From Chiloscyllium plagiosum (lineage: Eukaryota): 64,000 nucleotides of DNA. The notes below the pieces were generated by a model that saw only the letters and a list, made by a program, of their open reading frames with translations, was not told where the DNA came from and did not search any database. Shown here piece by piece: positions 13,757 to 27,440 of this stretch. Where the stretch lies: contig NC_057719.1 in the NCBI RefSeq assembly GCF_004010195.1, positions 26,144,542 through 26,208,541 on the forward strand. The letters are read 5' to 3'. Made by a program: the position numbers and the translations under genes. How positions within the stretch are numbered: the first letter of the stretch is position 1; every line of letters starts with the position of its first letter.

Positions 13757-14639
13757 ATTACATCAACAGTCAAGTTCAACTTGTGTCACTAACCCTAATA
13801 GCTACACCTGCCTAACGATCAACATTAGTATTCATGTCACCTTACTTTGCTGGGTCATCAATTACTAAAGCAGCAAACTGCACTAAAGTGTGTCCTCTCT
13901 TCTACTGACTACAATTGCAGGGGCACTAAAAACATCCTGAAGACTGGACATCTCAAAGAAAATTCATAAATAGAACTGGAGAAGACTTCAAGGTGAGGGA
14001 TATGGTTCAAAACATCTGAAAGTTATGCAGTAGTTAGGAGGGAATTCCATTTGTAAGTTAAGCAGGATACAACTCTGACCATGGCACAGATGCTAACAAT
14101 TGAATTACTACCCTTTCAAAAATTTCCTGCAAATTAAGCCCAGTCCTAATTATCATCTGGGAAATCTGTTCTGGTGCATGTTTTATATACATTTTTGATC
14201 TGATGAAAGGTCAGTTTACTTTCCTGTATTTGTGTACAATAAGGGGTGTTTGAGTTGCGAATGTTTAATTTTTTTTCAGAAGGAAGCTATTATAGAATAT
14301 TCATCATCAGAAAATGTTGGTGTTGACAGTTTATCGAACATATTGATCACTTTAGAATTTAGAGGGTAATTGCCAAATTCCACACTGTAGTCTAAAGATT
14401 TATTCATAAATGACCGACTGATAAATAAAACCCTTTTACATATTGCTTGGCTTCTATGTGTCACATGGGGCTCTGGATATCAACCACTGCTTGTGTTTGG
14501 GATAGTTTGCTGCTACGAGTTCTGCTTTCTAATTATTTTAAACAACCTGCTTGGACATATATATGGCAGACACTTGGCGCAGGGGATACTTGAAACTGGT
14601 ACCACTGCACAAGAGCCCAATCCTCCTTTCTACTCTTTA

Positions 14640-14945
14640 AACCAAAACTTAGATTAAAATTAATGAAATTTACTAAACCAAAATAACATTACCCAGAGGA
14701 TGATGCATCCCAATTCCAGTGGTGCCTATTGATCTCCCAAGGCCTCTCTCATGCCAATGGGCACTGCATGCTCCCTCTCAATGGGCACTCACCACAAGAA
14801 AGGAGCAAGCACTATGACCATCTCCACGATCTACTGTCTGGACCTATTGTTGGCAACTTTGACCAAGCCCAGGAGCAGGTGTACAATGAGGCCTTTGGAC
14901 CTACCCATTTATCCCCACATAAGGTGCCCATAGATTAGGGGTAAG
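14640..14945 (-). mobile_element. Decayed Tx1/L1-clade LINE ORF2 C-terminus
   Basis: Minus strand LLGLVKVANNRSRQ...PIEREHAV resembles Tx1-type ORF2 ends (recognised from memory). Confidence 0.45.
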
Positions 14946-16983
14946 AGGCTGAAGTGTATTGAACTGAAAACAACAAATGCTGGAGATCACTGCACATCAG
15001 GCAGAATCCATGGAGTGCGAGCAAGCTAATGTTTCAAGTCTAGATGACTCTTCATTATTTAATTGAATTGTATTAGCTTTATTGTCACATGTACTCACAT
15101 CAGTACAAGTCACCACTTACAGTGGTATCTTAGGTGTATGGTTACCTAGATACAGATTCTTGAGTACGAGTATTTAGGAAAACAAAAATTAGAAAAATAA
15201 TGAGATAATATGTCCAGCATTACAGAAATTCAAAGGTACAAAATCATGGAAATACATTAGAAAAATAAAGAAATAATACATTCAGAATAACAGTGCTTCC
15301 ACAATAATATAAAGAAATTTTAAAAAACAAGGAGTTAAGACAAAGTCCACTAATTGGGCTTAAAGTATCACAGAGGCAGAGAGCAGGCAGGACATTGTGT
15401 CAGCTGTAAGAGGAAAGGAAAGTCTCCTGGTGGTATTCAAAAGTGGGGTTAACATTGGCAGCAGATGGTAGAATTTAATATGTGATATATGCCCAGCCAC
15501 CTATGACAAATTAAAATAAAGATCAGGAGAAATGTTCAACCAAGGGTTAAGCTAATATTATACATTTTAAGCCATGCTCTAAAGTTCTTTGCAGCCATTC
15601 CCAACCTGATTTTATTCTCTTTGTCCTGCCCAGGTGACACTTTAGATCCATGGAGTAGAAATGAAAATCTATCCAGTGACAGAAACTAGGATAATGAGGT
15701 CAAATGGAATATATTAGGACACAGACTGACTAATGACTGATAGAAAATCATTGTAGTTTTGAAAAGATTCCAAAGCAGAATATCAGCTCTCAGCTGTGAA
15801 TTTCGAACCAACTGTAAGTAAATAACAGCGCCCACATTTCAAGAAGTGGCAGGTGTTAGGATATGTTCCCCAATGCAGTCATGTGAAGTATTACAATAAG
15901 TGCGAAAGATATTTAAATGAGATCTCTAGAATCATACAACTGGGCCTTCAGCAGAAAATGACAGCAATTTTATTTGTAGGATAATTTAACAGTAAAGGAT
16001 ACACTTTGGTATTCTTTGTTTATGTTCATGGTTGCCAAGTTGCTCATCTCAAAAGGAGGGAATTTCAGTTTTAAGTAGTTCAAGTGGTAGCATCTCATAA
16101 ATAACATGTAACGTTTAACCATTCGTGGTCAACCACATAGCCCTGATTTATTTATAGATATTCTCTTGACAGAAAGCATAACCATCGCATCCTGGTCATT
16201 GGTAGGAGGAGAGGAAAGCTGGCTGGAGAGAGTTCTTTGCCAGCACTGTCCTTGGTTAATCAACCTAGTAGCAACCTCTGACAGTAGAGTTATATTCTCA
16301 TACAGCACAGAAACAAACCCTTCGGTCAAAAAAGTCCTTGCCAACCATTTTCCAAACTAATCTCACCCCACCTCATTGCGCCCATATCCCTCCAAATCTT
16401 GCATATTCATTAACTTATCCAAATGATTTTTGAATGCTGTAATTGGACCCGCATCCACCACTTTCTCTGGCAGAACATGCCCCTCATGTCCTTTTTAAAT
16501 CTTTCACCTCTCACCTTAAAAATATGCCCCTTAGTTTTGAATTCCCCCACCCTGGGAAAAAGACCCTTGTCATTCACCTTATTCATGTCCCTCATGATTT
16601 TATAAACCTCAATAAGGTCACCCTTTGACCTCCTATGCTCAGTAAAAAAATGTTTCCAGTCTATTTTTATATCTTAAGCCCTCCATTCCTAGCAACATCC
16701 TGGGAAATATTTTCCGAACTCTCTCCAGTTTAATAGTATCCTTCTGGTGGCAGGCCTATCAGAACTGCACACAGTATTCCAGAAAAAGCCTCACCAACAT
16801 CCTGTAAAACCTCAAAATGACTCCCAACTCCTCAGTCTGAGGTCTGAGCAAAGAAGACAAGCATTCTAAATGCCTTCTTAACCATCCTTTCTGCCTATGC
16901 TGCAAATTTCAAAGAAATATGTTCCTGAACTCCAAGGTTCAGGTTCTACAACACTACCCAGGGTTCTTCCATTAATTGTATAT

Positions 16984-17083
16984 TCTGGATTACAGTGGTG
17001 CTGGAAAAGCACAGCAGTTCAGGCAGCATCAAAGGAGCAGGAAAATCGATGTTTCGAGCAAAAGCCCTTCATCAGCAATAGAA
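16984..17083 (-). mobile_element. Single pLTR fragment with 14-bp TSD
   Basis: CATTAATTGTATAT at 16970-16983 and 17084-17097. Hammerhead-like motif on the minus strand at ~17044-17079. Confidence 0.75.
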
Positions 17084-17288
17084 CATTAATTGTATATGTC
17101 CAGCTCTTGTTTGTTTTACCAAAATGCAATACCTTACATTTATCCAAATTAAACTCTATTTGCCATGCCTCAGCCCATTGACCCAATTCATTAAGATCCC
17201 TTTATAATCTTAGATAACCTCCCATCATTGTCCACTAAACCACCAATTTTGGTGTCACACATAAACTTTCTAATTGCCCCTCAAAGAT

Positions 17289-18790
17289 CAGCAAGGCGGC
17301 CTTTGTGTGGAGCCGCATAAAATGGGGGAGAAACTAAATGAGTATTTTGCATCAGTATTTACTGTGGAAAATGATATATGGAAGATATAGACTGTAGGGA
17401 AATAGATGGTGACATCTTGCAAAATGTCCATATTACAGAGGAGGAAGTGGATGTCTTGAAATGGGTAAAGGTGCATAAATCCCCAGGACCTGATCAGGTG
17501 TACCCAAGAACTCTGTGGGAAGCTAGAGAAGTGATTGCTGGGCCTCTTGCTGAGATATTTGTGTCATCGATAGTCACAGGTGAGGTGCCAGAAGACTGGA
17601 GGTTGGCAAACATGGTGCCACTGTTTAAGATGGGTGGTAAGGACAAGCCAGGGAACTATAGACCAGTGAGCCTGACGTCGGTGGTGGGCAAGTCTTTGGA
17701 TGGAATCCTGAGGGACAGGATGTACATGTATTTGGAAAGGCAAGGACTGATTCGAGGTAGTCAACATGGCTTTGTGTGTGGGAAGTCATGTCTCACAAAC
17801 TAGATTCAGTTTTTTGAGCAAGTAACAAAGAGGATTGATGAGGGCAGAGCGGTAGATGTGATCTATATGGACTTCAGTAAGGCGTTCAACAAGGTTCCAC
17901 ATGGGAGACTGATTAGCAAGGTTAGATCTCACGGAATACAGGGAGAACTAGCCATTTGGATACAGAACTGGCTCAAAGATAGAAGACAGAGGGTGGTGGT
18001 GGAGGGTTGTTTTTCAGACTGGAGACCTGTGACCAGTGGAGTGCCACAAGGATCGTTGCTGGGTCCTCTAATTTTTGTCATTTACATAAATGTTTGGATG
18101 CGAGCATAAGAGGTACAGTTAGTAAGTTTGCAGATGACACCAAAATTGGAGGTGCAGTCGACAGCGAAGAGGGTTACCTCAGATTACAACAGGATCTTGA
18201 TCAGATGGGCCAATGGGCTGAGAAGTGGCAGATGGAATTTAATTCAGATTAATGCAAGGTGATGCATTTTGGGAAAGCAAATCTCAGCAGGACTTATACA
18301 CTGAATGGTAAGATCCTAGGGAGTGTTGCTGAACAAAGAGACCTTGGAGTGCAGGTTCATAGCGGCTGAACAGGCTGGGGCTGTTTTCCCTGGAGCGTCA
18401 GAGGCAGAGGGGTGATCTTATAGAGGTTTACAAAATTATGAGGGGCATGGATAGGATAAATACACAAAATCTTTTCCCTGGGTTCAGGGAGTCCAGAACT
18501 AGAGGGCATAGGTTTAGGGTGAGAGGGGAAAGATATAAAAGAGACCTAAGGGGCAACTTTTTCACCCAGAGGGTGGTACGTGTATGGAATGAGCTGCCAG
18601 AGGATGGTGGAGGCTGGTACAATTGCAACATTTAAGAGACATTTGGATGGATATATGAATAGGAAGGGTTTGGAGGGATATAGGCTGGGTGCTGGCAGTG
18701 GGACTAGATTGAGTTGGGATATCTGGTCGGCATGGACGGGTTGGACCGAAGGGTCTGTTTCCATGCTGTACATCTCTACGACTCTATGCA
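17289..18790 (+). mobile_element. CR1 (HER1-like) LINE, 5'-truncated, RT domain to 3' tail, disrupted
   Basis: [67 protein letters not shown]. Stops and frameshifts; internal deletion at ~18362. Confidence 0.95.
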
Positions 18791-19244
18791 TCTGATGTTC
18801 TCATCCAAATCATTTATATAAATGACAAATGAAAGTGGACCCTGAACACCGCTGGTCACAGGTCTCCAAGATGGAAAACAACCCTCTACAACCACTCTCT
18901 GTCTCCTACCATAGAGCCAATTTTGTAATCAATTGGCAAGCTCACCCTGAATTCCATGTGATCTAACTTTACTAATTTGTACATGAAAAAATGTGGAAAT
19001 GTGGGGAATAATAAAGAATAAAGAACAATTAAATGAACCTCCAATGCTAAACAACATTTGGGAAGAAATAATTCTGAAAGGTTTTTCAGAATCTGATGCT
19101 TATCTGACATTTTATGTTCACTTGATGCTCTCCTTCTGTTATACCCTTTCCAAAAAAGAGAAACCATATCTAACCTATTAAGCTGACTGAACCAATTTAT
19201 TACATGGTATAGAGTGATTTGTCACAATCCTCAGCTGATATCTC

Positions 19245-19670
19245 TCTGGTCACCATTTCTACTTGCTTGCTGTACTTCCTTTTCACCAGACAATTGTGTG
19301 TAAAATGATTCAGTTTCTTGTAGTGAGAACATTGTTTTCCCCACCCTGGTCATACCTTCTTCACCTTTATTTGATAGCCTCTAGAGTACGTGCGGCCTGT
19401 CCTTTGGGTGCACTTGTGCCTTTTGTGCCTGGATGGTCTGTAAGTATAATGCAAGGCATGACATGTTCTGCCATGAATATTGCTTTAGCTGCTGGCTGAC
19501 AACCTCAGCACTTTTGCACACTTTCAATGCTCTCCTGAGTGTCAGTTTCTCTCCTCTTGGTTGGTCTGCTCTATGTGATCTCTTGGGTTTAATGCAATCT
19601 TATCTTTAATTATATCATCCTTTAGTTTTGCAAAATCACAGGCTTCTGTAAACTGAGCCAGTGACATTGG
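19245..19670 (-). mobile_element. Decayed Gypsy-type LTR retrotransposon gag with zinc-knuckle remnant
   Basis: Hand translation: EACDFAKLKDDIIKDKIAL / EKLTLRRALKVCKSAEVVSQQLKQ / GWGKQCSHYKKLNHFTHNC. Confidence 0.7.
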
Positions 19671-20299
19671 ATGGTCGTTAATTCTATTCTCCTTCTAAGG
19701 CTTCAAATAGTACAGGAACTGGTGGTCAGACTAATAAAACACAGCAAAGTTTGTTTTAACTGGCACCTTATCTACTGGCACCCTTGATAAATCAGCAAAA
19801 GTTATGTATCTCAAATACTGCGATGTCCAGACCATTTATGTTATAAATAAATTATAACAGTGATGTGTATTCCTCTGCATTATGTTTCCATTATGTACTG
19901 TGCATTTTTACATTGATTTTAGGAAGTGTGTTGATGTTTTAATACATTTTTTGAGAGATGCTGATGTCTCAAACTTTCACTTGCTCAGGGTTTACTGTGG
20001 TTATGTGGACCTCTTGATTATCTGAAATATTTGATCAACCAATGCACTCCTGGTCCCACGGTGTCAGCTAATAAACAGTTTGCTGTATAAAGAAAAAGAA
20101 AACAAATAATTGAATAACTTAGTTAAGTAGTTCATTAAAACACATTAAGTGATAAGACAGGTAATGTACATTGAAGCTCCTTAGTGCCAATGTGATGTAC
20201 AGAAAACACAACTGCAGTAAGTGTTTATAACTCAGGCAGCTTTGGCACAGAATTTAAGAGCCTTGTGTGGTAAGCTAATTGACCATGTCACTTTGGAAT

Positions 20300-21745
20300 G
20301 GAAAACATTCAAGTAGTGGGAGGAGCAAAAAGAAATGTAATGGAGTAGGGGGACAGTAGAATGAGAGAGATTTACACTGTTCTCTGAGTGTAATGAGTGA
20401 GACAGCTCTGTTAACTGCCTGGTGCCAGGCTTTGGGACATCTGCTCAGGTCTGTGGATTAGAGTTGGGAGGATCCAGCCATAGTGATCTACATAAGTCCA
20501 ATGACAGAAGTGGACAAGGAAGAGGTTTCATATAATCAGAATGAGGAGCCAGACACCAAATTAAGAAAAGGAGCCTCAAAGTAAGATTCTCTGGATTATT
20601 ACCTGAATAATGTACAGATTGGCATAGGGCAAATAAGATTAGAGTAATGAATGTGTGTCTCAAATACTGGTGCAGAAGAAATGGGTTCTAGTTCATGGGG
20701 CATTGGCACCACTACTGGGAAAAATGGGAACAACACTGCACTGTCTACACCTGGACTGTGCCAAGGTCAGTATTCTTGCAAATGGAATAATTGGGAAAGT
20801 AGTGAATTGGATTTTAAACTATATCATGTGGGCACAGGATCAAATCTGGGAAGATGGAATAAATCAAAGAGTAGTGACAAGGCAAAATAAAAAGATACTA
20901 ATATGAGAAATGAAAAACAAACCATTACAGGAAGATATACAGAAGGCATATCTAAGATTAAATCATCCTCAGAAGAGTTAGAGGTTACAGAAATAATAAG
21001 AAGCCAAAATTGAATGCATTCAAAATAAAACAGATGGACTGATAGTGTAAATATAAATAAATATGTGATCTGGTAGTAATTACAGAGACATCGCTGCAGG
21101 ATGAGATAAATTGGCACTAAATCTTGAAGGTTGCTGGACACTTAGGAAGGACAGGCAGCTTAGTTAAAGGTGGAGGAATGGCTCTGTTAATTAATGATGG
21201 TATTGGTGCAGGAGAGAGGGATGACTTAAATCCAGGAAACCAGGATATAAAAGCGGTTTGTGTATAGATGAGAAGTTATAAAAGCAGGAAGGGAATGCTG
21301 TACAGGCTCCTTAACATTGGAAATTAAGGAAAGATTAGTGGAAAGTTGTCAGAAATGTGTAGCAATAATCAAAAATCAGATGGACAAGGCTGAGATAACA
21401 GATGTTTAATCAGGAAGAGAATCAAGGTTTATGGTGATGAGATGATCAGACCAGCCTTTATCTCATTCAACGGTGGAGCAGACTCAGTGGGCTGAATGAC
21501 TTGCTTCTGCTTCTTTATCTTTTGGTCTTATAGTCTTATTGTACAATGAGATAGAAGTAATTCATGATTTCATTGTGGGGGAACCTCTCTAGGTAACAGT
21601 GGTCATAATATAATTGAATTTTACATTCAGTTGAAGGAGAAAAGAATAAAGCCCAAGACTGTTATTTTAAACTTAAAAGCAATTCCGAGGGTATGAAAGG
21701 AGAGCAGACTAAAGAGAGCTGGGAAATTAGGCTGGGATATGGGAA
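20300..21745 (+). mobile_element. Very old CR1 remnant (ORF1 esterase-like and ORF2 endonuclease region)
   Basis: Degenerate RFSGLLPE..., RKDRQ..KGGGMALLI and SGHNIIEF-like segments. Confidence 0.55.
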
Positions 21746-22349
21746 AGATGTTTGTTTCTCTTTGAGAGATTCTAGAACTAAAGATCAACCTTTCAAAATA
21801 ATGGGCTGCTCTTTTAAGAGAGAGATTAAGACATTTTATTTCTCACAGAACACTAAGAGTCTTTGGAACTCTTCCTCAAAAGGCAGAGCAAGTGGAATCT
21901 TTGAATCTTTTTTTAAGGGCAAAAGTGAGGACTGCAGATGCTGGAGATTAGAGTCGAGAGTGTGCTGCTGGAAAAACACAGCAAGTCAGGCAGCATCCGA
22001 GGAGCAGGAAAATTGATGTTTCGGGCAAAAGCCCTTGATAATGCAAGGGTTATTGTGGGTAGCCAGGAATGTGTAATAATTGGATCAGCCATGATGCTGT
22101 TGAGCTGCTGACCAGGCTGAAGGGGCAGAGTGGCCCGCTCCTGCTCCTAATGCATACATTGATAGGATTTTGAGATGGTCCACATGTGAGGCTTCACTCT
22201 AAGATCCAAAGCTGTTCTGCCCATAAGTTAAATCTGACATCATCATAGTATGTGGTACTTATTGAACTCCTCAGCATTAACCCATTCAGACTCATGTACA
22301 ACAATGAGGACCATGCCACTTTCCCACCCCATCCCAACTAGTCAAAGAA

Positions 22350-22670
22350 GTCAGAGAATCCTGTTAATGCGGAAAGAGGCCACTCAGCCCATCGAGTCTG
22401 CAACAACCCAGACCCACCACACTCCTAGCACCCTATATTTCTTATGGCTAACCCACCCACCCCTGGAGGCTATGGGCAATTTAGCACGGCCAATCCACCT
22501 AACCTGTATAACTTTGGACTGAGGAAAGGAAACTGGAGCACTTGACAGAAACCCATGCCGACACAGGGAGGATGTGCAAACTCCACACGGACAGTCACCC
22601 CAGGCTGGAATCGAACCTGGGTCCCAGGCACTGTGTGGCAGCAGTGCTAAGCAATGTGCCGCCATGCTGC
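22350..22670 (-). mobile_element. HE1-like SINE
   Basis: Diverged reverse complement of the copies at 34248 and 50672. Confidence 0.85.
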
Positions 22671-22899
22671 CTATAAATCTGGAACCAAAGGGCCCTTGGA
22701 CAGCTTCTCTGTCGCAATAGCAAGTGAGACCAGGCCTCATCCTGCCACCACCTTATAGGACAGACCCTGGTGAGTTTGCTTAAGACTTCCAGGGAAGATT
22801 TGACTGATGTCCCAAAACAAGCCTAATCTCTTGTGTCCTTGTGTTTATTTACACTTTAATAAAAGTGAAGAACAAACAAATATTATGGTGACACTAAAA

Positions 22900-25650
22900 C
22901 ATAAAGAGAATGATGAATTTAAAGTAAACAATATTAGTGAGGAGAAATTAATGGAATTAGTAATTAACAAATTCCCTAGTCCTTTGGCCATTAGCTTTGT
23001 TATTGGAAGAGATGGTTGCATAGATAGATAAATTGGTTTTGAGCTTCCAGAATTCCCTAGATTCTACAATGATCCTGTTGATTGTAAGTTCGCAAAAATA
23101 ACCGCATTTTGCAAGAATAAAAGAAGGAAAAAGCAGAGAATCGTTGGCCAGTTATCCTGACTTCAATCATAGGGAAGATGAAAGGATACATTAGCTGAGA
23201 TGGAAACAGGGCACTTGGTAAATCCTAATATGATAAAGTAGATTCAACACAGGTTTATGAAAGGGAAATCTGATGGGTTTTGTTTTGTGAATGTATCTAG
23301 TGTGGCACATAAATGGGATCCAATGGGCACATTATACTTGAACTTTCAGAAGGCATTTGATAACATGCCATATAAGAGGATGTTGCTCACAACTTGGTCT
23401 TCATGGGTTTGTGGATAATATATTAGCATGAATTGAGAACCGGTTAATGAACAGAAAGCAGAAAGGGGAATGAACAGGTCATTTTCTGGTTAATCATGTG
23501 GAGTGGCATAAGAGTTAATTTTTGAGGCACAGCTATTTGCCATATCAGTGATTTGGATGAAGGTACTATATCCAAATTTGTTGTTTCTAGGTGACATAAA
23601 AGCCTGGATTTCTTCACAGACTTCTGGATACCAACATTTGGACTCAATGCAGATCCCCACCCCACACTTACTGACAGCACACCCAATTGCACAAGATTCC
23701 TAAAGGTAATCTTCTGATTGGTTCACTGTGCATTCACTGTCTTATGTAGGACTGTAGGCAAGCTCTCAATATTGTCAAACCAATCTGAGGGCTGTCAGCT
23801 CCATGATCTATAAGATGATGGCTGATCTTTTCATGGACTTAGCTCCACTTACCCATATGCTCACCATAATCCTTAATTCCTTTACTGTTCAAAAATCTAC
23901 CTTTGCCTGAAAAACATACAAGGTAGCCTCAGCTGCTTCACTGGGCAGGGATTTCCAGAGATTCACAACCCTTCAGCTGAAGAAGGTCCTCCTTAACTTA
24001 GTCCTAAATCTGTTCCCTGTTATCTTCAGGCTATGCCCCCTCATTCCAGTTTCCCCCACCAGTGGAAACAACCTCCCACCTTCTATCTTATTTATTCCCT
24101 TCATAATTTAATATGTTTCTATAAGATCCATCCTCATTCTTTTAAATTCCAATGAGTGTAGTTCCAATGAGTCTACTCAATCGTTCCTCATAAGCCAAAA
24201 CCTTCAACTCTGGAATCAACTTGTCAACCTCCTCTGCAGCCCCTCCAGTGCCAGTACCAAGAAAGTGACTCAACAGAGATGCACATTTGGAGCTATAAAT
24301 TTGAAGTAAAGGTTTCAGAATGAAAGTTATTAGGATCATTGAAGTGGATGGGAAACATTTTGCTGCTGGTTGAACTATTTCACCTTCCCTGGCTGTTGTC
24401 CCTCCTCTTTTGGCCTTACAAAAGAGTTTGGCTCACTCCCCACTCACCCCCCCACCATCTGGCTTCAGGGAACCTGCCTACATGCTGTTGATGTGCTGCT
24501 CATTGGACAAAAGGGAGCCTGGGGACACCCCATCATTTGTAAGATGCTGTGCAGTTGTACAATTAAACCTAATATGGTTTCCAATTCAATTCAATAACTG
24601 CTTGCCTCTTCATTTTTGAGCCAGTTGTCCGCCTATTCATGGGAAATGTCTTTCCCCCCACGAGGAATGATTCATGGAAGTGACCTCGGATGACTCTTTC
24701 CCATGTTTCTAGACCTCACTGCTTCCAAGCCATCTACCACAAGGCTGGAAACAAATTCAGCCAAAAAAAAGCTGCAAGGAACCATATTACGAGTTAATTG
24801 ACTGGGTAAGGAGTTGGGAGGTGAAGTACAGTGTGAGCAAGAGTGAAATTATTCACTTTGTTTGGGAGAATGAGAAAGAACAATATTTTTTTCAAAGATG
24901 AGTGACAAGTAAATGTTAGCGTTTAGAGAGATTTGAAGGTTGTTGATCATGTATCACAGAAAGTTAACATGTAGGTACAGCAAGCAATTACAAAAGCAGA
25001 TGGAATGTCAGTCTTAATTGCAGGGAATTTGCAGTGTAAAAATAAGGAGGATTTGCTGGAATAAAGAAGCCTTTGGTGAGACCAAATGTGAAGCACTGTG
25101 TATAATTTTGAGCTCCCTACCCAAGAATGGATGTGCTTGCCTGTGAAGGGATGTTTTCTCGATTGATTCCTCAGATGTGAATGCTATCCTATGAGGAGAG
25201 ATTGAACAGAATGGGCTGTTAGATTAGATTAGATTACATTCCTACAGTATGGAAACAGGCCCTTCAGCCCAACAAGTCCACATCTCTCTGGAGTTTAAAA
25301 GATTAAGAGGTGATCTCATTAAAATGAATACAAATCTTCAAGGCTTAGCAGGCTAGATGTTTCCCCTGGCTATAGACTCTACAACTAAGGGTTATCAACT
25401 CAGGATAAGGGGTGAATAATTTTGAACCGAAACTTTTTTCACCCAGAGGATTGTAAATTTTTGGAAAGCTCTAGCTCAGTTATGGATGGCTGTGTCAATC
25501 AATATATTCAAAAGTGAAATCTCTTGATTGGAACATTAAGGAATCAATGCATAGGTGAATATGTTGGCAATGTGAGTTGATACAGTCATTGATTCGTGAT
25601 CTGGCACAGTATGCTCAAGATGCCATAAGCTTATTCCTACTCCCAGGTCC
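22900..25650 (+). mobile_element. Old CR1 RT remnant (~22900-23600 and ~24770-25650) with nested minus-strand CR1 3' end (~23790-24260) and SINE tail (~25220-25282)
   Basis: Degenerate QHRFMKGKS, YLNFQKAFD and RGDLIKM motifs. Confidence 0.6.
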
Positions 25651-26735
25651 TCTTCTTCATGTTTTTATGTTTCTCCAAATGGTGCAGTATCCTATAACCT
25701 GTTTGGCCTGAATACTGGACTTGGTCTTGATTCTTCATGTGAAAAATTATCAACTAATAATTTTGAAAACCTCTGTCATCTCTTTGAAGTCTCCTCTTTT
25801 CCAAAACAAGCCAAGTCTGATTCCCTTAACTTTCCATCATATCACAACAGAACAGATAAAAACAATGAAAATAATCAGCGATTAAATTAGATTCCATCAG
25901 AATCTGACTATAAAGACACAAAATACATTTTCTGACACTAGTATGCCGACAGAAATTTACACATTCAATTTATGAATTATTAAACAAACGGTAAATTGGT
26001 TATTTAGGTCAGTTCAATGGCAAACACTTTCTTCAGAAAATGCAGTTGATTTTAGCCTGATTTCATCGTACCTGAAAACCGTACCAAAAATAGATGCTGA
26101 AAAATCACCATAGAAACCTTTGTCACAGTTTGCGAGTGTGAAATGACAATTGTTATTAAGTGATCCAGAAATTTTCATTTAATACCAAATAGCTTCAGTG
26201 TATGTTAGAGCAGCCAAGCAGTTGCACAATTCTGCCCCCAGCATTATATTCAATGATATATAAGTTGTTATACAATGATATGTCAAATATTTATGTTTAA
26301 TCTCAGATAAAAACCTGCTCGCTTCAAAAGCTGTCAGTTCTGCTTTTTCCTGCTATTTAACAGGTGATGAGTGATGTGTGTAGTCCAGTCACTAAAGGCT
26401 AATGATTGCTGTAGAGTACTGTGCCCAATCTCCTTTCTGTAATTGCTTGTTTGGTTATCAGTGGTAGAGGATGTACCACTAAAAGGTCTTATAAAGAACA
26501 GGCACTTGCTTTAACAATAGGCCCAGTGTCTTGCGTGACAATAGGAACAAGCTACATTTACTAATTAGACGTAATGACTGAGACTATGAGGAGCCAGGGA
26601 AGATATCATCAGGGTCTCAAACCAAACTACTGTCTTCCTCATTCAAAATTTGGAGATGCTGGTGTTGGACTGCTGCGTACAAAGTTAAAAATCACACAAC
26701 ACCAGGTTATAGTCCAACAGGTTTAATTGGAAGTA

Positions 26736-26770
26736 CACTAGCTTTCGGAGCGTCGCTCCTTCGTCAGGTG
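26736..26770 (-). ncRNA. Minimal type I hammerhead-ribozyme-like motif in Penelope pLTR
   Basis: CAC-CTGACGA-A-GGAGC-GAC-GCTCC-GAAA-GC-TA-GTG: core present (one extra A), 3-bp stem I, 5-bp stem II, palindromic AGCT stem III. Confidence 0.7.
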
Positions 26771-27144
26771 ATAGTGGAGGGCTCAATCCTAAAACACAGA
26801 ATTTATAGCAAAAATTTACAGTGTGAAGTAACTGAAATTATACATTGAAAAATTGATTGTCTGTTAAGTCTTTCATCTGTTTGAATACCATGATAGTTTC
26901 ACTTCTTTCATGTGTAAATCACAAAACCTTTTTATAAAAAGTTGCATTCTCAGGTTAGCTGTTAACAATGGTGATGGCTAGACAATATGTTGAAAGTGTT
27001 AGCCCCCTGTGATCTCCGTCTATGCCATGATGTTTAGATTGTTGCTATTCTAAAAAGTGAGATAACAGAGTTTTACATGAACTCATGCAGTTTTTGAGCA
27101 ATGTACAATATAACCCTGCAAGTACAAATTCACCCCACAAAATA

Positions 27145-27440
27145 TATGGGTGCATGCGTGTCTTTGTCTGTGTATATGTGTGTCTGTCTCTCTGGGTTGG
27201 GGGTTGTGAGTGTGAGAAAGTGTATGTGTGTGTGTGTGTAGTGAGCGTAAAGTGTCTTAAGTCTGTGAGGGGGTGCATGTGTGAGTGTGGGAGTGTGTGT
27301 GCCTGTAAGGGTGTGTGTGGGTAGCTGTGTGTGCATCTGTGTATATATGTGTCCGTGTGTGTGTGTATAGGAGTGCCTGTGTGTGTGTGAGAGAGAGTGT
27401 GTGTGTGTGTAGGAGTGTCTGTGTGTGTGTGTATAGTGCA
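27145..27440. repeat. Degenerate (TG)n/(CA)n tract in the PLE 3' UTR
   Basis: Directly visible; source of the spurious His/Thr-rich ORFs. Confidence 0.9.

Larger units (their letters stand above)
16283..18980 (-). mobile_element. Older CR1 LINE, split by a pLTR insertion (16984-17083) and a young plus-strand CR1 (17289-18790)
   Basis: CR1 3' end at 16283-16630. The RT sequence stops near 17285 and resumes collinearly at ~18791. Confidence 0.8.
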
